Source: Trichonephila clavipes
Taxonomy: Eukaryota
Assembly (NCBI GenBank): GCA_019973935.1
Contig: BMAU01016994.1
Span: 944,762 to 1,008,761 of the forward strand
DNA: 64,000 nt
Reading direction: 5' to 3'
In this document: positions 39,689 to 53,141 of the stretch, piece after piece
Layout: each line of letters opens with the position of its first letter
How positions within the stretch are numbered: position 1 is the stretch's first letter
Notes under the pieces: model-generated
Told to the model about the DNA's origin: nothing
What the model saw: only the letters and a program-made list of their open reading frames with translations
Databases searched by the model: none
Program-made: the position numbers and the translations under genes

Positions 39689-41150
39689 GTATGTTGCTTA
39701 TTGTTCTGTGAATTACTAATTTTTCTTTACGAAGTTAAAAGTATGAATTGTAAATTAAGTTTAAATTATTTTGGTAAATATTTAACAAGTTCACATATTT
39801 TAATGGCTACATTAATTTTGCTTTTAACAGTTCATTTTTCTTAATTTCTAAATTACATGAGTATTTTTTCCCCTCTTGACTGCTGGTTTGAAAATAAGGA
39901 TTTAATTTTTATATTTACTAATATAATTTTCATTCATGACTGTGATCTCATCAAGGTATAGGATTTTCATACAGCTATTAAACATTTTTTTTTCAAACAT
40001 TGCTTCTTTTATAAAACAGTTTAAAAATATAGAGGAATGTAATTTTCATTTATGAAAAATGATATATATATTTTTAAAAATAATAATTTTATATGCCAGT
40101 TCTGCCACCTTATTAAAAATTTTTGTTTCATTTTATATCGTTGTCACTCCTGAAGTGTGTCTAGTCACTAGATTTTGAAACTGCTTAATTCGCTTCCCTC
40201 ATATTTTTTACTTGTATTCATAATTTTAATTACAAATACAATAAGAAATTATGTAATTGTATGAAAAAAACCAATATTTACTATGCTTAATTTCTTTCTT
40301 TATTTAAAAACTAAATATATTTTCATTATGTAAGTGCAAAGTTTTATTTAACCTGCAAGAACTTGAATTGTGGGACTTTTTCTTATATGCTTTAAAAAGT
40401 GCATAATGTGTTTATTGTAATATGCAAATGTTGCTTTTCTCTCCAAGTTTTATAACTCCTCATTACTGTTAGTGATAGTAATGAGCTTTGTACTTTGCTA
40501 GTAGGGATTCGTCACATGGCCATTAATTCTTGTGAAAGAAATTCTTATTGTCAGAGTTCTACTGTTTCCAATTTTATGTTCAGTGTGAGTTTTTTCATTG
40601 TGTGAGTTCTGTCATTTTAATGTTAGTTAAATCCTTCTGATTAGTGTTCCACCTCTGTATTTATCAGCTATACATCTTGACTTTTAACAAAAAATTATGC
40701 ACTGCTATTAACCTCTTATTTTCTGAGGAATGTTATGAAATTCGCTCCCTAATGCCACCATTTTTCACATAGGTGCTCATAATTATACAGTTATTTGTAA
40801 GTGTATCATTATAAAAATCTTTTGTGAAATAAATAAATCCTTCAGAAACACTCAAGTCCATTTCATTGCATTTTAAAGCCTTTGGAATAGTTTTACTGAT
40901 TGCATGACATTGCAAAAAATTGCATTTTCGTAAGGCATATATACTTGCCAAAATAGTTAACCAACCAGCTAAGTGAGGCATGCTTGAGTTCTCTCATTAT
41001 TGATTTAAGGTTAAGCAACATTATTGATTATTGGTTAAGCAACTTGTTCTAAAGGTTTTATTGTAAGAATGCTCTAAGGTTTCTACTATACATAAACCTG
41101 ATTTTGTTTATGGATGTTTTATGTATCATTGTTTATAGTATTGTTGTTTT

Positions 41151-43843
41151 CAGTGGCACACACAAGGGCAGAGCAACCCCCCCTCATCACCCTTGAATTT
41201 TTTCTTTTGGTTGATTATAATAATTCTATGCATATAGAATATAAAATTTAATGAAGTATTTGTTATTAATTAATTATTTATTTTATTAACCATTTGACGG
41301 TTAGGGAAATTAGCAGTTTTTGTTTACTTAATTCACACAGGTTAGTAAGCAGTAGTGGAAAGTGGCAGCTGTTTTCCCCTGCCATTCTTTTGAAAATGTC
41401 ACCCTTCTCCGGCGATGCCATAGATAGCTCGCCTCACGCGTTTTAAAGATTTCTTAAAGTATTTGTAGTACACAAATAACAGTTTTTACGTACTTTAAAA
41501 TAATTAATAAATGATAATTATTAAATAGTAAATTATAAATGATTATAATCAATTATATAAATAATAATAGTTAATTATAAATATAAGACAAATATTAAAT
41601 TGAAAGGACTAAACAAAAACAACTAATGTAAAACTTTATGAAGCATTTAAATATAGTAATTACCTAAAAAATCTTTTAGTGTGTGATATACTTTAAAACA
41701 TGGAATTGCACATAATGGGGCATTACAGTCTTTGCAATAAGTACGTGTTTCACAGCGAATTCTTTTTCCATTGGCATCATTTTTGCTGCAACATACCACA
41801 CATCGTCTAGTAGGTCCTTTCTTTTTTTCTGTAGGTGGAATATAATCAAGAAAGTGGCGTGCTGACAATCTTAAAGTATTCGAAACTATTTCAGCAGGTT
41901 TTAATTTCAAATGCCTGCTTGTGATATTTTTCAACAATTCTTTCAGCTAGTTCAATTCTGAATTCCAAATTTGATTTTTTTATTCCCTTTTTTTTTCCAC
42001 AGCTGAAAAGCATTAAAAATTATGTCCAATAAATAACCAAATATTTTCTTGTAATATTTCCTTTGACGAGATCGAGTTAGGTCATAGTATCCAATTTGCT
42101 GATCCATGCGATCTACACCACCCATCATATTATTATAATCTGAAACGATCTTAAGCTTCTCTATTTCCGCATTTTTCAATTTATTTGGGACTTTTACGAT
42201 TTCAGGATTATGAATTGAGCTTATAGAATAAATATATTTTTTTATCTCTCCATTGCATGGTTGATGGTCTTACCTCTTTGATAGGCAAGTAAGTCTCCCT
42301 TTTTAAGCTTTTCTGTTTTCAGCTCCTTTGTTAGATCTTTTCTGTTAGGTCATAATGTTCCAAAAAAATTAGTTTTAGATTTTTCCTAACTCGGGAGAGT
42401 TGTAGTAATTATCCATAGTAAGGCAGTATCCTTTGTTTAATAGCAACTGAGACAATGTCAAAACTACCTGAGTAGAAAATGAACATTCTTTATTTTCTTC
42501 AGATACATCTGTACCTTTACTGACATAAATTATAATAGACCACACATATCCACTATGAGATTCACATAACATAAACATTTTGATACCGAATCTGACCCTT
42601 TTAAGTGGTAAGTATTAGGTCCAAGAAAGCCTCCCTTTATACAGCAATAGACTTTCATCAATACATATGTCTTGTTCGGGTGTATAAACTTCAGAAAAAT
42701 TTTTCTGTAAGTAATTTAAAGCAATGCATATCTTTTTTTTAGTTTTGGCTGAGGATGAGAAGAATCAGTGTTTTCATTCCTATCAAAATGAATAAATTGC
42801 ATAATACGGTCAAACCTTCTCAAACTCATGAGGTTAGAAAAACTAGGAGTTTCAATTAACTTTCTTTTTGACCAAAACATTCTTACAGTTGGTTTTGTAA
42901 TTATTCCTTTCAAGATTAATGTTGCAAAAAATACTCTCAATTCATTCGCATTCGTTTCACTCCAATGATGAATTCGAAAATGTTCTTTGCTCTTAAATTT
43001 ATTTAAATTTTCAGCAACAAAAATGTTGGTTTCAGTAACAATATAATTTACAATCTCATGAGTAAAAAATAGCTCGAGGTACTCTAGTGGATCAGAAATA
43101 TTTGTCACACAAGCTTTCATGCCCACATCAGCAGTAAAACTAAATCAGCTAGGAGCATGAGAACTTGAATCAATTTTACACTACTGTCGAACACTTGAAA
43201 AATCTTCCTCATTGCTTGAATCGTCTTCTAAGCTTGATATGCTGTGAACAAAGTCTTCATCAGACTCAAAACTTCATAAGCTTTTTGTATCGAAATCAAA
43301 ATCATCATCATAATAATCTAATTTTCACTTTTGAGCCATTGTACTTTACAAACACCCTAAAAACATGTCAAAATAGGCATAAAAAACAAGGTTAAAAAAA
43401 TCCCCCTTCATTATGAAAAGAAACTCATGGAACCCGTACTGCCATCTGTAGACAGTAAAACTAACTAAATTTCGCGAGTAGGATTCGTTTGTAACATAAT
43501 TAATGCAGAATAATAAATTCGAACAAAGCAAACTCGTCAGCGTGATTTGGGGAGTTTTACAACACAAGTAGTACTCGTTTCTAACCATTTGGGTCGAAAT
43601 CTTGCTCCCGAGCTGAACTCGTTTTCGCGCATTCTGAAGCACGATTTGATTGTGAACTGAACTCGTTCATAACCATCAAAGGGTTAATTAATACTAATTA
43701 TTTATTAAATAATTTGTTTTTAATGTTTTTTTCCTGACTAAATCAAAAGAATATGTTTGACAATTTATTGGGCTACAATATAAGAATGATAAACTTGCGA
43801 CCCTCAACCCCTCCTCTTGAAAAATTCCTGTTTGCACCACTGG
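41151..43843 (-). mobile_element. piggyBac-like DNA transposon; the transposase is a pseudogene split across at least four ORF fragments. It lies in an MVP intron.
   Basis: The minus-strand ORFs are 42716-43126 (..RIHHWSETNANELRVFFATLILKGI..FWSKRK..MSLRRFDRIMQFIHF), 42375-42578 (..SGYVWSIIIY..VVLTLSQLLLNKGYCLTMDNYYNS), 41952-42179 (..NNMMGGVDRMDQQIGYY..RKYYKKIF) and 41647-41937, which is the C-terminal Cys-rich domain (CVVCCSKN..RIRCETRTYCKDCNAPLC). The terminal 150 and 70 bp are shared with the MITE at 9790-10080. Confidence 0.8.
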
Positions 43844-44047
43844 TCGTTTTTATAAATGTGTACTTTTTTTTTTTTGCTTAAATAATTTGTAATGAAAAGA
43901 TTACATGATTTCTTTTTCAAATTTTGGTTTATGTTCCTTTTATACAAAGAGACATGATATGAATAATCATCTACTAATTGGAAGTGTTACATAAAGCATC
44001 AAAACTGTTAATTGAAAAAGATGCAGTAAAAAATTTTCTATTTGTAG

Positions 44048-44236
44048 GAAACAGAGTTGGAACGTCTTCGCAAAGCTAGAGAGGAAGAACTAAATTACCG
44101 TAAGGAGCAAAATAATATAGATGTACAAAAATTGAAAGAAGTAGCTGATATTGAAGTTCAGAAATTTAAAAGTATGGTTGAAAGCCTTGGAAGTGATACA
44201 ATTCAAGCTGTGGCTTGTGCTGGACAAGATTTTCAA
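44048..44236 (+). CDS. MVP: MVP exon: ETELERLRKAREEELNYRKEQNNIDVQKLKEVADIEVQKFKSMVESLGSDTIQAVACAGQDFQ
   Basis: The acceptor AG is at 44046-44047 and the donor is GTACAT at 44237. It matches human [64 protein letters not shown]. Confidence 0.9.
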
Positions 44237-46172
44237 GTACATTTCCATTCTAATTATTTATTTTTCTAATTTCATTAAGTAGAACAAATTAATTTAGGGA
44301 GAAATAGTGGGGTTATTTAATTAGACATAGTTAATAGTACTAAATAATTTTTTAAAATTCTAACTTTGGCTTCATTGAATTTTAATTTTCTGCTTGTTGG
44401 CAGATTAAGATTGTTTGTAAATCACAATCATGTTTTTCAAATTATTTTGAATTACTTTTAAACATTAATTTTTTTAAATTCTCATCTAAAGGTATTTCAT
44501 TCTGGAAAGATAAAATTAAATTTTTAATTAGGTTTTTTTTCTCAAAATAACTAAATAAAAAGTAATATGCCAAATTTAAAACACGTTTTTCTTGTTTCAT
44601 AATTGAATTTAATTATAGAAATTGTGTTGAATATAATTTGCATAATAATTATATAAATGAATTAAAAGGCGGACTGAATTGATACATAAATTATCTGTAT
44701 TGATAATTTTTTATATAACTTTTAAATAATTAATTTTTTTAATACCATTTATGTCTGTGTCATTGCATATACTATTCTTTCCTCATAATTCTTTCTTAAT
44801 TTTATTGATCATGGAACCAAATCCTTCATGAAATTTCATATTCTTTAAGAGTTTGTCATTAAAAACCTAAACTTAGTGAGTAAAGAGTTTCCTAACATTT
44901 TTAAATTTAGTTTAAAAGTTTATGTGGATTTCAATGATATAATTGTTTTTTGTGCTGTAAAAAAACTAGTGTTTATCTATAAAGTTTTGATCTTTGTATA
45001 AAAATTTATCATATTTTAACTTAAACACATGCACTTTAAATTACTTTAAAAATGAGTCATAAAACTTTGAAGAAATTAACTATCTGCTTTATAATTAATG
45101 AAGTACTAGTATATTTACAAATTTTAATATTTTTCTGTGAAATTTTATTATGCAATATAAGTACGATAAATATTTTTCAATGTTATATTTTGTATTTCAT
45201 TCTCTGTTCACACTTCTATAATTTTCCTTCAAGAAGTTAATAGGTTTCTAATACATTTGACCTTTGTTGTGTGAAATATAAATGAAGTAAAACTAATTGT
45301 AATAATAATTTAATTACTATAAATATGTATTTGCATAAAACTGTTAAAATGTATTAATTACATCTAGTTTTTGTAATTAATAAATAGGGCATTTTTCCTT
45401 TTATATTTAATTTTTTTTGTCTAATTTGAATTGGTGCTTTATTGGCACAGTATTGAGATTTTTCATTTGCACTAAAATCAGGCTATAATTACCCAGTGAT
45501 AAAGTCAACTTTGTAGCTGTTAGATTTGAGTTCTTATTTTATTTTTTCATAGAAAATAATAATTGGCTCATGTTATATCAAACTGAGCCCTCAAGTCTTC
45601 ATTAAATATAATGAAGCTTTGTGAGTGAGGTACCCAGTGATGATGCTGTACTTATCTGACCAAAATTGAAAATTACAAAAACCATCATTAAATAATCTAA
45701 TGTATTGTTCTAGTGATAGGTTAAGGCTGTCTTTGTCTGAGAGCCTAAACTATACACACACACACACACACAGAGCTTTAAAATTTAAAAATATTTTCAT
45801 AAATCTCTCATATTTTTCATTTCAACACATAAAGGGGTAGTTAAAACTAGCTTTACAGTGTAGGAGTAAAAAGGCAAAGCATTTTATAACCCCCCCTCTA
45901 AAAAAGGGATCAATTCACTATGCTGCTCTCTATAAGGATTGAAGCCTGAACATAATAATTTTTGTATCAGTTGTTTTATATCTGAAAAAATATTTCAAAT
46001 ATGGGTCCTATTCTTTATCATTAAGCAAATACAGTCTTAGTTTGAGCAAAAGTAGGCAAAAAGATGAATTAAAGGTTGTTGAATTAAAGCTTTTGATGTA
46101 ATTATATGTATCGTATTATATGCATGTATAATTTGTTTTTATTGCAAAATTTAATTTTTGGTAAATTTTTAG

Positions 46173-46325
46173 GTTAAACTTCTCCAAGGTCTTGGAATTA
46201 AATCAGCTTTGATTACAGATGGTAATACACCTATCAATCTCTTTAACACTGCTGAAGGTTTCCTTGGTGGTGCTATAGCTGCAAAAAAGCAGCGTCTTGA
46301 CAGAGGAGATTCAATGAGTTCCTAA
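46173..46325 (+). CDS. MVP: MVP terminal exon: [50 protein letters not shown]
   Basis: The acceptor AG is at 46171-46172 and the TAA stop is at 46323-46325. It matches human [32 protein letters not shown].. The C-terminal tail is shorter than in the vertebrate protein. Confidence 0.9.
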   Translation, partial: VKLLQGLGIKSALITDGNTPINLFNTAEGFLGGAIAAKKQRLDRGDSMSS

Positions 46326-46884
46326 GGTGTGATAATTCATATTCTAAATCTTAAATTTCCATTCATATTTAATTAACTGGAAACTAGATTTATCTTTTGG
46401 CTTTCGTGATTATTAATTAATTAGTAAATGAACTTTTTGATTTATTAGTGCAAACAAATTTTTTAAATATTCATCATGTAGATAATGATTATTAAGTTTT
46501 CTGTACTAATTTTGTGATTAATTACTTTATTAAAAGTTCTGTTTTATTTGAATTAATGTAAAAAAAACAGAGCACATAATTATCATTAAGAAGAAATAAT
46601 TCTATCCATGTAATAATTTTAAAAAAGACACAAAATTATTAATTGAAGATTACTTATTGATATTGAGTATTACAATGTGTTTGAACTACTTACATATCTA
46701 TACTTTTTAAGGAATTCCATGCACGAGTTTTTTTGTAAACTTTATTACTATGTGTAAAATGAGCACCTGATTATATTTTAAAATGAAAAGGTTTTTTTCC
46801 CTGCTTTTGTTTTATTTTTTAAATTCTATTTTGAAAGTTTACAAAATATATTATCTTCTATAATATTTAGTATAAATTTACTGA

Positions 46885-46890
46885 AATAAA
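46885..46890 (+). promoter_or_regulatory. Candidate MVP polyadenylation signal (AATAAA)
   Basis: This is the first canonical AATAAA I found downstream of the stop, about 560 nt away. Other A/T-rich variants are present closer to the stop. Confidence 0.25.
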
Positions 46891-49639
46891 ATGTATTATA
46901 AATATATAATTATTATAATTAAAACTTGTGGATATTTTAAGTTGAGTATTTTAAATCATACTGATATATCTATATATAATACTGATATATATAGAAATTC
47001 TGAGATACCAATTATACTGAAATACTATCTATATATCAGTACATATAAATCTCTTTAGTAAAAAGAGTTTTTATAATTGTTTGATGTTGCTGTTGATGTT
47101 ATATATTAAACAAAAACATTTTGTACTTAAGATTGAAGCTCCTTAACTAGTCTTTATCTATGTTTTTAATGCATTTTTTAAGTATGTAATCTATTTGATT
47201 TAGAATACAATGTTTACTGTTACACATGTAATTAGGTTTGTGCTGACATATTGTAGTCTTTCATTTTTTTCTCTGGATAAAATGATAATCAGTATTTTGA
47301 ACGTATGTGATGCTTACAGTTACAGTCACAGGTTTTATGGGATATGGAGCAATAAAGGCTGTTATCCCTTGATCACAATCATGCGATATGTGATGCTTGG
47401 TGCTTTTTATGTTCAACATTTTATACTTCTGTATTGAAAATCTGTTTTTTATATGCATTGAAAATAATTTGTAAGCAGCTTTACTGTATGTTATATATTT
47501 TTATCTTAAAATTCTATATGTATGTTATATTTTATATTTTTTAAATTAGATATATCTGGCAATTATTTTTATGTATATTGTTCAAACAATGAATAAATTG
47601 TGCAATTTTAAAAAAAAATTATAAAAATATATTTTTGAGCTAATGTGCCTTCATTTATATATTTATAAAAGTGAAAAATCCAAGGATGCTGTTCAGAATC
47701 TAATTATAATATATAATCTCTTAAATGTATGGTTCTTAATTTATTTTGATACATGTGATTACTACTTGAAAGTTTACTATTGAGGGTAAAAAATGTTTGT
47801 TAAATTAATTCATGATATAAATCGGAAATGCCAAAGTTATAAGAAAAGGAAAGTGGGTAAGGTTTATCTTTATGAAGAATTTTAAAGTTTTTTCCTCTTT
47901 GGTATCTTATGGATAGACTAAACACTCAAGTTGGTTTTGGGACACTGTTATAAGTTTTTGTATTGTTAATAATGTAATACATAGCCATAGTTATAATATT
48001 TAACCATTGTTTACTTTGTAAATGTTTTCAAATAAATACAAGAAAAAGATACTTGTTAAAATGCTTAAAATCATTCCACACAGTGAGCAATTTTGTATTT
48101 TTAGTATGTAAATAGAAAAAGGACTTATATTGCTAATTCTATTTTTGTAAATATACTAAGTATACTGCTGATTGATATAATATATTCATTTAAAAAAAGT
48201 TAAGTCTTTATTATGAAATAGTTATTTATTTGTATGAAATACATGTATAAAATGTTCCTCGTGTTTAATATTATACTATTTCTGCATTTAGCTTTAACTT
48301 AGTAGGTCAAATTATAAATCATATGAGCTTGTCATTGTTGGTAGTAATAAAGGAAGTGTTAAACTAAATCTCTCTTATTTTGGGATTTACTTGAAAATTT
48401 TTTTGATGACTAAATGCTCTCTGTATATGAAACAAAAGTTAAATATTTTTTTAAAGTATTTTTTTTTCTTTAATATTTCTACTCATTTACATGGTTTATT
48501 TTTAGTCATAAATATTATACCATATTGGGGATTTAATATTTTTCATACAAACTTTTCTTTAATTTACAAACTAATAGTGTAAAAGGTGTTGAATTCAATT
48601 ATGTTCAGAAAAATAAAGTCAATTTATATAAAAGTAAGGTGAATGCTTATGAACAAAGTTTAATGCTGCTACTCATATCTTATTTGTTTCAAAAATTGCA
48701 ATGAATTGTTAATATATATAATAAAGTTGTGAATTAAGAAATTTCTTTTTCTCTGTCAAAATGTATATTCATTTCCATATTAGATTCTCTTGTGTTATAT
48801 TATTGCAAATTTATAACTTCAGTCATAATCCATGTTAATTTGGGTTATTATTAATTATTTTATTTAAAATTATGTAAAAATTATTTTAATATGTAACTAC
48901 ATTATATATATATTAAAATATGGAATAATTTTTCTATTCTGACCTTTTTGAATTTATATTATTCTTTTAGTTTTTTTTTCTGATAATGAAATCATTAAAA
49001 AGTATAAAATTCTTTCAAATTATTTATTAATTGTCTGACATATATGAGTTGTAATCTTAATCTTATATACTTTTTTATCATTATTCCGATTTTGTTGAAA
49101 TTCTTGTTTTATTTTTTAATTTAATCCTGTTTAAATGTTAAACAAATTATATATATGTGTATATAATTCATATGAAATTGTATTTTTCTGGTTATATTGT
49201 TTTCTTTTTCAGAAAATTATTATCCATTTTTATTAAATTTTCATATTGATTTTCAAATCTACATGTTTATTTGTAATATGAATATGTTCAGAAATTGTTC
49301 TGTAAATTGTAGCCTACTTAATAAAATGCTTTGATTTATTTGTTTACATTTTTTCTTTAATTAAAATGATTTTCAATCAAGGGGGAAATATTTAATACTT
49401 CATCTGTCCAATTTAGGTTCATATTATCTGTATTAAATTTGATTGAAATTATATAATTATCATTCATTTTAAATAATTAAAATTGCAGTCATTGAATAAG
49501 AAAACAAATTTGAGTAGCTTAAATATTTGATATTTTCCCCCTCATTTATGAATAAAAATTATGAAAAAGTGATTGGAGTAGTAATTTTAAAATTTTATTT
49601 CATAGAATTCAGATTTTCAGGGCTTTGTTATACAAGGTA

Positions 49640-50450
49640 AACAGAAAGTCCTTGCCGTTTTTAATGATCCAAAAGAACATGACATTCAAACCGAGTAGCC
49701 CATTGTGTTAGTGTGTGTGTGTGTGTCCTCGAAGTAATCACCATCGTCATCCAGCACCTTCTGCCAACGCGTCTCCAGTTATATCCCCTTGCGGTAAAGC
49801 TCGTGGGTGAGGGACGCAAAGAAGTCCGTGAGAGCCTGGTGCACGTCTGCTTCATTGGTGAAGGATTTACCATGAAGGTGAATGTTCCAACTGCTGCAAA
49901 TACTGGTCCGCAGTGACCGTTTGGCCCATTGGTAGCAACTCATGTACATCTTACCTAAGCGATGCAGAAGAAGTCTAACCATTTCACTGGAAGTGTGGAA
50001 TTGTCTGGCAAGTTCACCAAATGTAAGATTACTGTCCTCATCAATGGCCTCCTGCAGGGCTTCGTCATCCAAGGCCTGTGGTCACCCTGTTCAAGCTTTA
50101 TCACAGAGGGACAAATATCCCGACCTGAATTTTTGAAGCCAATGCCTTGCTGTACGTTCATTGACAGCACTATCCCCAAATGCTTGACATATTTGGCGAC
50201 TTGATGCAGCGGCTGATAAGCCCACTTTGAAGTCGTAAAGTAAACAACCCCGAACGAGCTCCTTCGATATGTCCATTTCGCTTCTCTACTGTACGAGTTC
50301 CGGTTGATGAATGTGAGCAGCGGACTTGCATTTATAGCAACTGATATTCCTACTCTCGACTGACAGTTTCTCAATCACGTCATACACAAATTTGCATACT
50401 TATTCTCACTTCTTTCAACGGAAACGCGCAAACGGCAAGAACTTATTTGT
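49640..50450 (-). mobile_element. Internally deleted mariner-like element (~0.8 kb, MITE-sized). It keeps the N-terminal paired HTH and the C-terminal tail but lacks the catalytic core.
   Basis: The minus-strand ORFs give MDISKELVRGCLLYDFKVGLSAA..NERTARHWLQKFRSG (HTH1), ..LTFGELARQFHTSSEMVRLLLHRLGK (HTH2), then EADVHQALTDFFASLTHELYRKGI..W.RV (C-terminus). Terminal inverted cores are aagtccttgccgtt at 49646 and aacggcaagaactt at 50431. Confidence 0.65.
49706..49724. repeat. (GT)n microsatellite
   Basis: A gtgtgtgtgtgtgtgtgt run lies at the inner 3' end of the deleted mariner. Confidence 0.9.
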
Positions 50451-51623
50451 TTATTTTGTATTTGTAAATTTTTTTTATAAATATTTATTTCACTCATTTC
50501 TTTAAGTTATAGGAATTTAATAGAAACTCTCTTTAAACCCAACTAAGAAAAATTTTGCTTTTATTAACCCATTTAATGTTGAAATATCTTTTGTACCTTT
50601 AATCATAACATTTTTTAAATTTCTCTATGGTATGCCAATCGATATTTTTATCCTTATAACCTGTTGGCCTGAACAAATAGCTGCAAAGCTACGCTTGACA
50701 ACTCTAAAAGGAATTTGAAAGCTTGTATTCATTACTTTAACTCTTTTGATATGGTGGCTGTCTGCTATTTCATATATTTTTCATGCATTTTATAGATTTA
50801 AATTTTCTTCGTGAATAATAAATTTTCTATATTAGTTAAATTTAGTGGTTATTTCATGGATTTAGATTTAGTTTGTGATTTTTACAATATGCATTCGCTA
50901 AATTGGTGACCCGTGTTTAAAAAAAAAATTTCTAACAACTTTCATCTGAGAGTCTTCAAGAATCTTTTACCAGTGATACACCTTCAAGTTCGTGCCATTG
51001 ATTCGCAGCCGTAAGTCTTTCCCTGAGTGCAGGTCATATTTTTCTCTACCTTTCTCTTTCTTGGTTATTCTAGTCATTTTCTCAGTATATGCATCTTTTC
51101 CTCTGTTTTTGCTTGCATAGTATTTATATCGCCTGATGTGGCACTTGTGTCATCGTGGATAGAATTTCAAACTATCTTTTTGGAAAAGCAATCCAGAGGC
51201 AAGGGTCTTTCAAATGGAGAGCCAGTTTCATGGAGGTAATATCATAAATAAAACTATGCATCGTTATCTGGTTTCAGTTTCGAAATAGAAAGTGTTGTTA
51301 AATGTAAAGGTTCTTTTGTCAAATAAAGGTTCTTCTCTTAAACGGGATTGGTACTAGGCATTAATTGAGAGATTAGTAGGAACTTGTTTTAGATCTGCTA
51401 AGCTGAAATTTTTGTTGTAAGATTTAGTATTTGGAGGTAAGAAACTTTTGGAAGGTTTACTAAATATTTTGCACTCTTCATGGAAACTATGTCTACCATT
51501 TTCTACTTTCAATCCTGTCTGTTTCTGCTGGGGATATTGATTCACATGCAACAACTGCCCACAAGGTTCATGAAATATCTTCCCCATATTGGGCTTTCAG
51601 CAGTTACTGAAAATTTTAATTAA

Positions 51624-53141
51624 GGGGGTTCACCTATGTGACGGCGTGCTTTTCAAGTATTTTTAAGGATTTTTTTTTTTTTTTTGACGACCAGTAAAAG
51701 ATATAGAGCTTTAAGTGTTTTTTTTATCATTTATTTATATGTATTTTAAGAGTATTATATAAATTGTTAACCAAAAATATCAATAGAACGTGAGTTTTGG
51801 CGCTCTAAACGCACCCGCCTCGGAAAAAATGGACGCTCACTTCCTCCACGATTCCGGCAGATTGACTTATCTGAAGTAATAAAACAAATAAAAAACGGCG
51901 TTTTAATTTGTAAGCTTAAATGCACGGAATAGACTACATTCAATTGAAAATACAAAAATTGGAGCTTTGGTAGGCCTCTGAAGAAAAAGTTCCAAATTTC
52001 ATGCTTCTTTTGTCGTTTTTGTTGTAAAAAAAGTAGAAATATTGGTAATTTTGAAATTATCGTAGTCCATTCCGTGCGTCTATATGTGCTGAGTCTACCA
52101 TATAAATTTGAAGGCATTAGGTCAAACTGTTCTTTTTTGAGATATGATGGAGGAAAGTTACGCATTTAAAGTTTCAAGTTTGGTTAAAACTATGATAACT
52201 TATTTTATCCCCAATTGGTGATGCTTGGTGCATAGAGTACTCCTTTCTCTTCCTCTTAAAATTATTCCAAAGCAGATTGTTTAGCTCTTGTATCAATTCT
52301 TGTTTAACGGCGCCGCTCAGAGCGCGTTTCATCACGTTTCTGTTCATAAGTATGCGCTTCGCGGCCAACAGGGCATCCCATAGTCGTCATTACTTTTAAT
52401 ACTCCTACAAAACCTTCGTTACAGATAATGACATAAGTATGTTGCAATTTCATCGATCTTGGAGCCAGAATGTAGATGTTTTGGAACAAAAGTCCAAATC
52501 AACGAATTTATAGATTCGTTATTGTTCTGCGTCTCTGCGAGAAAGATAAATCACTTTTACAAGTTTTACTTATTACAGTTTCAGAAATAGCAGCAAATAC
52601 TGAAACAAACTCCAAAATGAGGAATTTGAAGTGATGGGAATCTTCATGTTTATGCTGTTTTTTTTAGTTTTCTCACAGAAGCTGATGTAAATTCCGTAAC
52701 ATTTTGGGTGGTAAAACGGTTTCCGCTAAACGTTCTCTTTTTATTACGACCAGGATGAACATTTCCTGTCGTACTTCCTTTTCGACCACTCATTGCAAAA
52801 ATAATTTGCAGCTGTTGTGCTCTTCGAAGCTAAACCAAGACTAAAACAAGTTTGACAAAATATTCAATAACTATGGATATTTCCTTTTAAACCTGTAAAA
52901 ACTTGTCTATACTTGTAAGAACGTATATTTGTATAGAAGGTTATCTCAGGTTTCAAGCCGACTGTACACAATAGGCCCAGCCTTTGACTGCCAACTCAGC
53001 GCTCCGAACAGCTGCTGTATCTTTATAATGACTTCGAATTTTTAAAAATCACTTTATCGTCGTATTCTAGACATGTCAAGGAAGCAATTTATGAAAGGAA
53101 AAAAAATCGATTTTTTCGAACAAATCACATAGGTGAACCTT
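51624..53141. mobile_element. Unclassified TIR element (~1.5 kb), terminal repeat ttaag(g/a)(g/a)ggttcacctatgtga
   Basis: Position 51618 reads ttaagggggttcacctatgtga. The reverse complement of 53127-53148 reads ttaagaaggttcacctatgtga. Internal minus-strand ORFs (51767-52165, 52174-52368) have no family match that I recognise. Confidence 0.55.

Noticed and set aside
39407-39844. ORF 39407-39844 (145 aa), ORF 28042-28374 and ORF 17602-17856 as independent genes
   Set aside because: They are MVP exons read through their splice acceptor and donor into intron. The true exons are 39445-39688, 28108-28370 and 17655-17850.
41151-43843. Canonical piggyBac ends (TTAA TSD, CCC..GGG termini)
   Set aside because: These are not visible at the boundaries I defined. 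The element is assigned on its transposase motifs and its MITE relationship, not on its termini, and the boundaries may be off by tens of bp.
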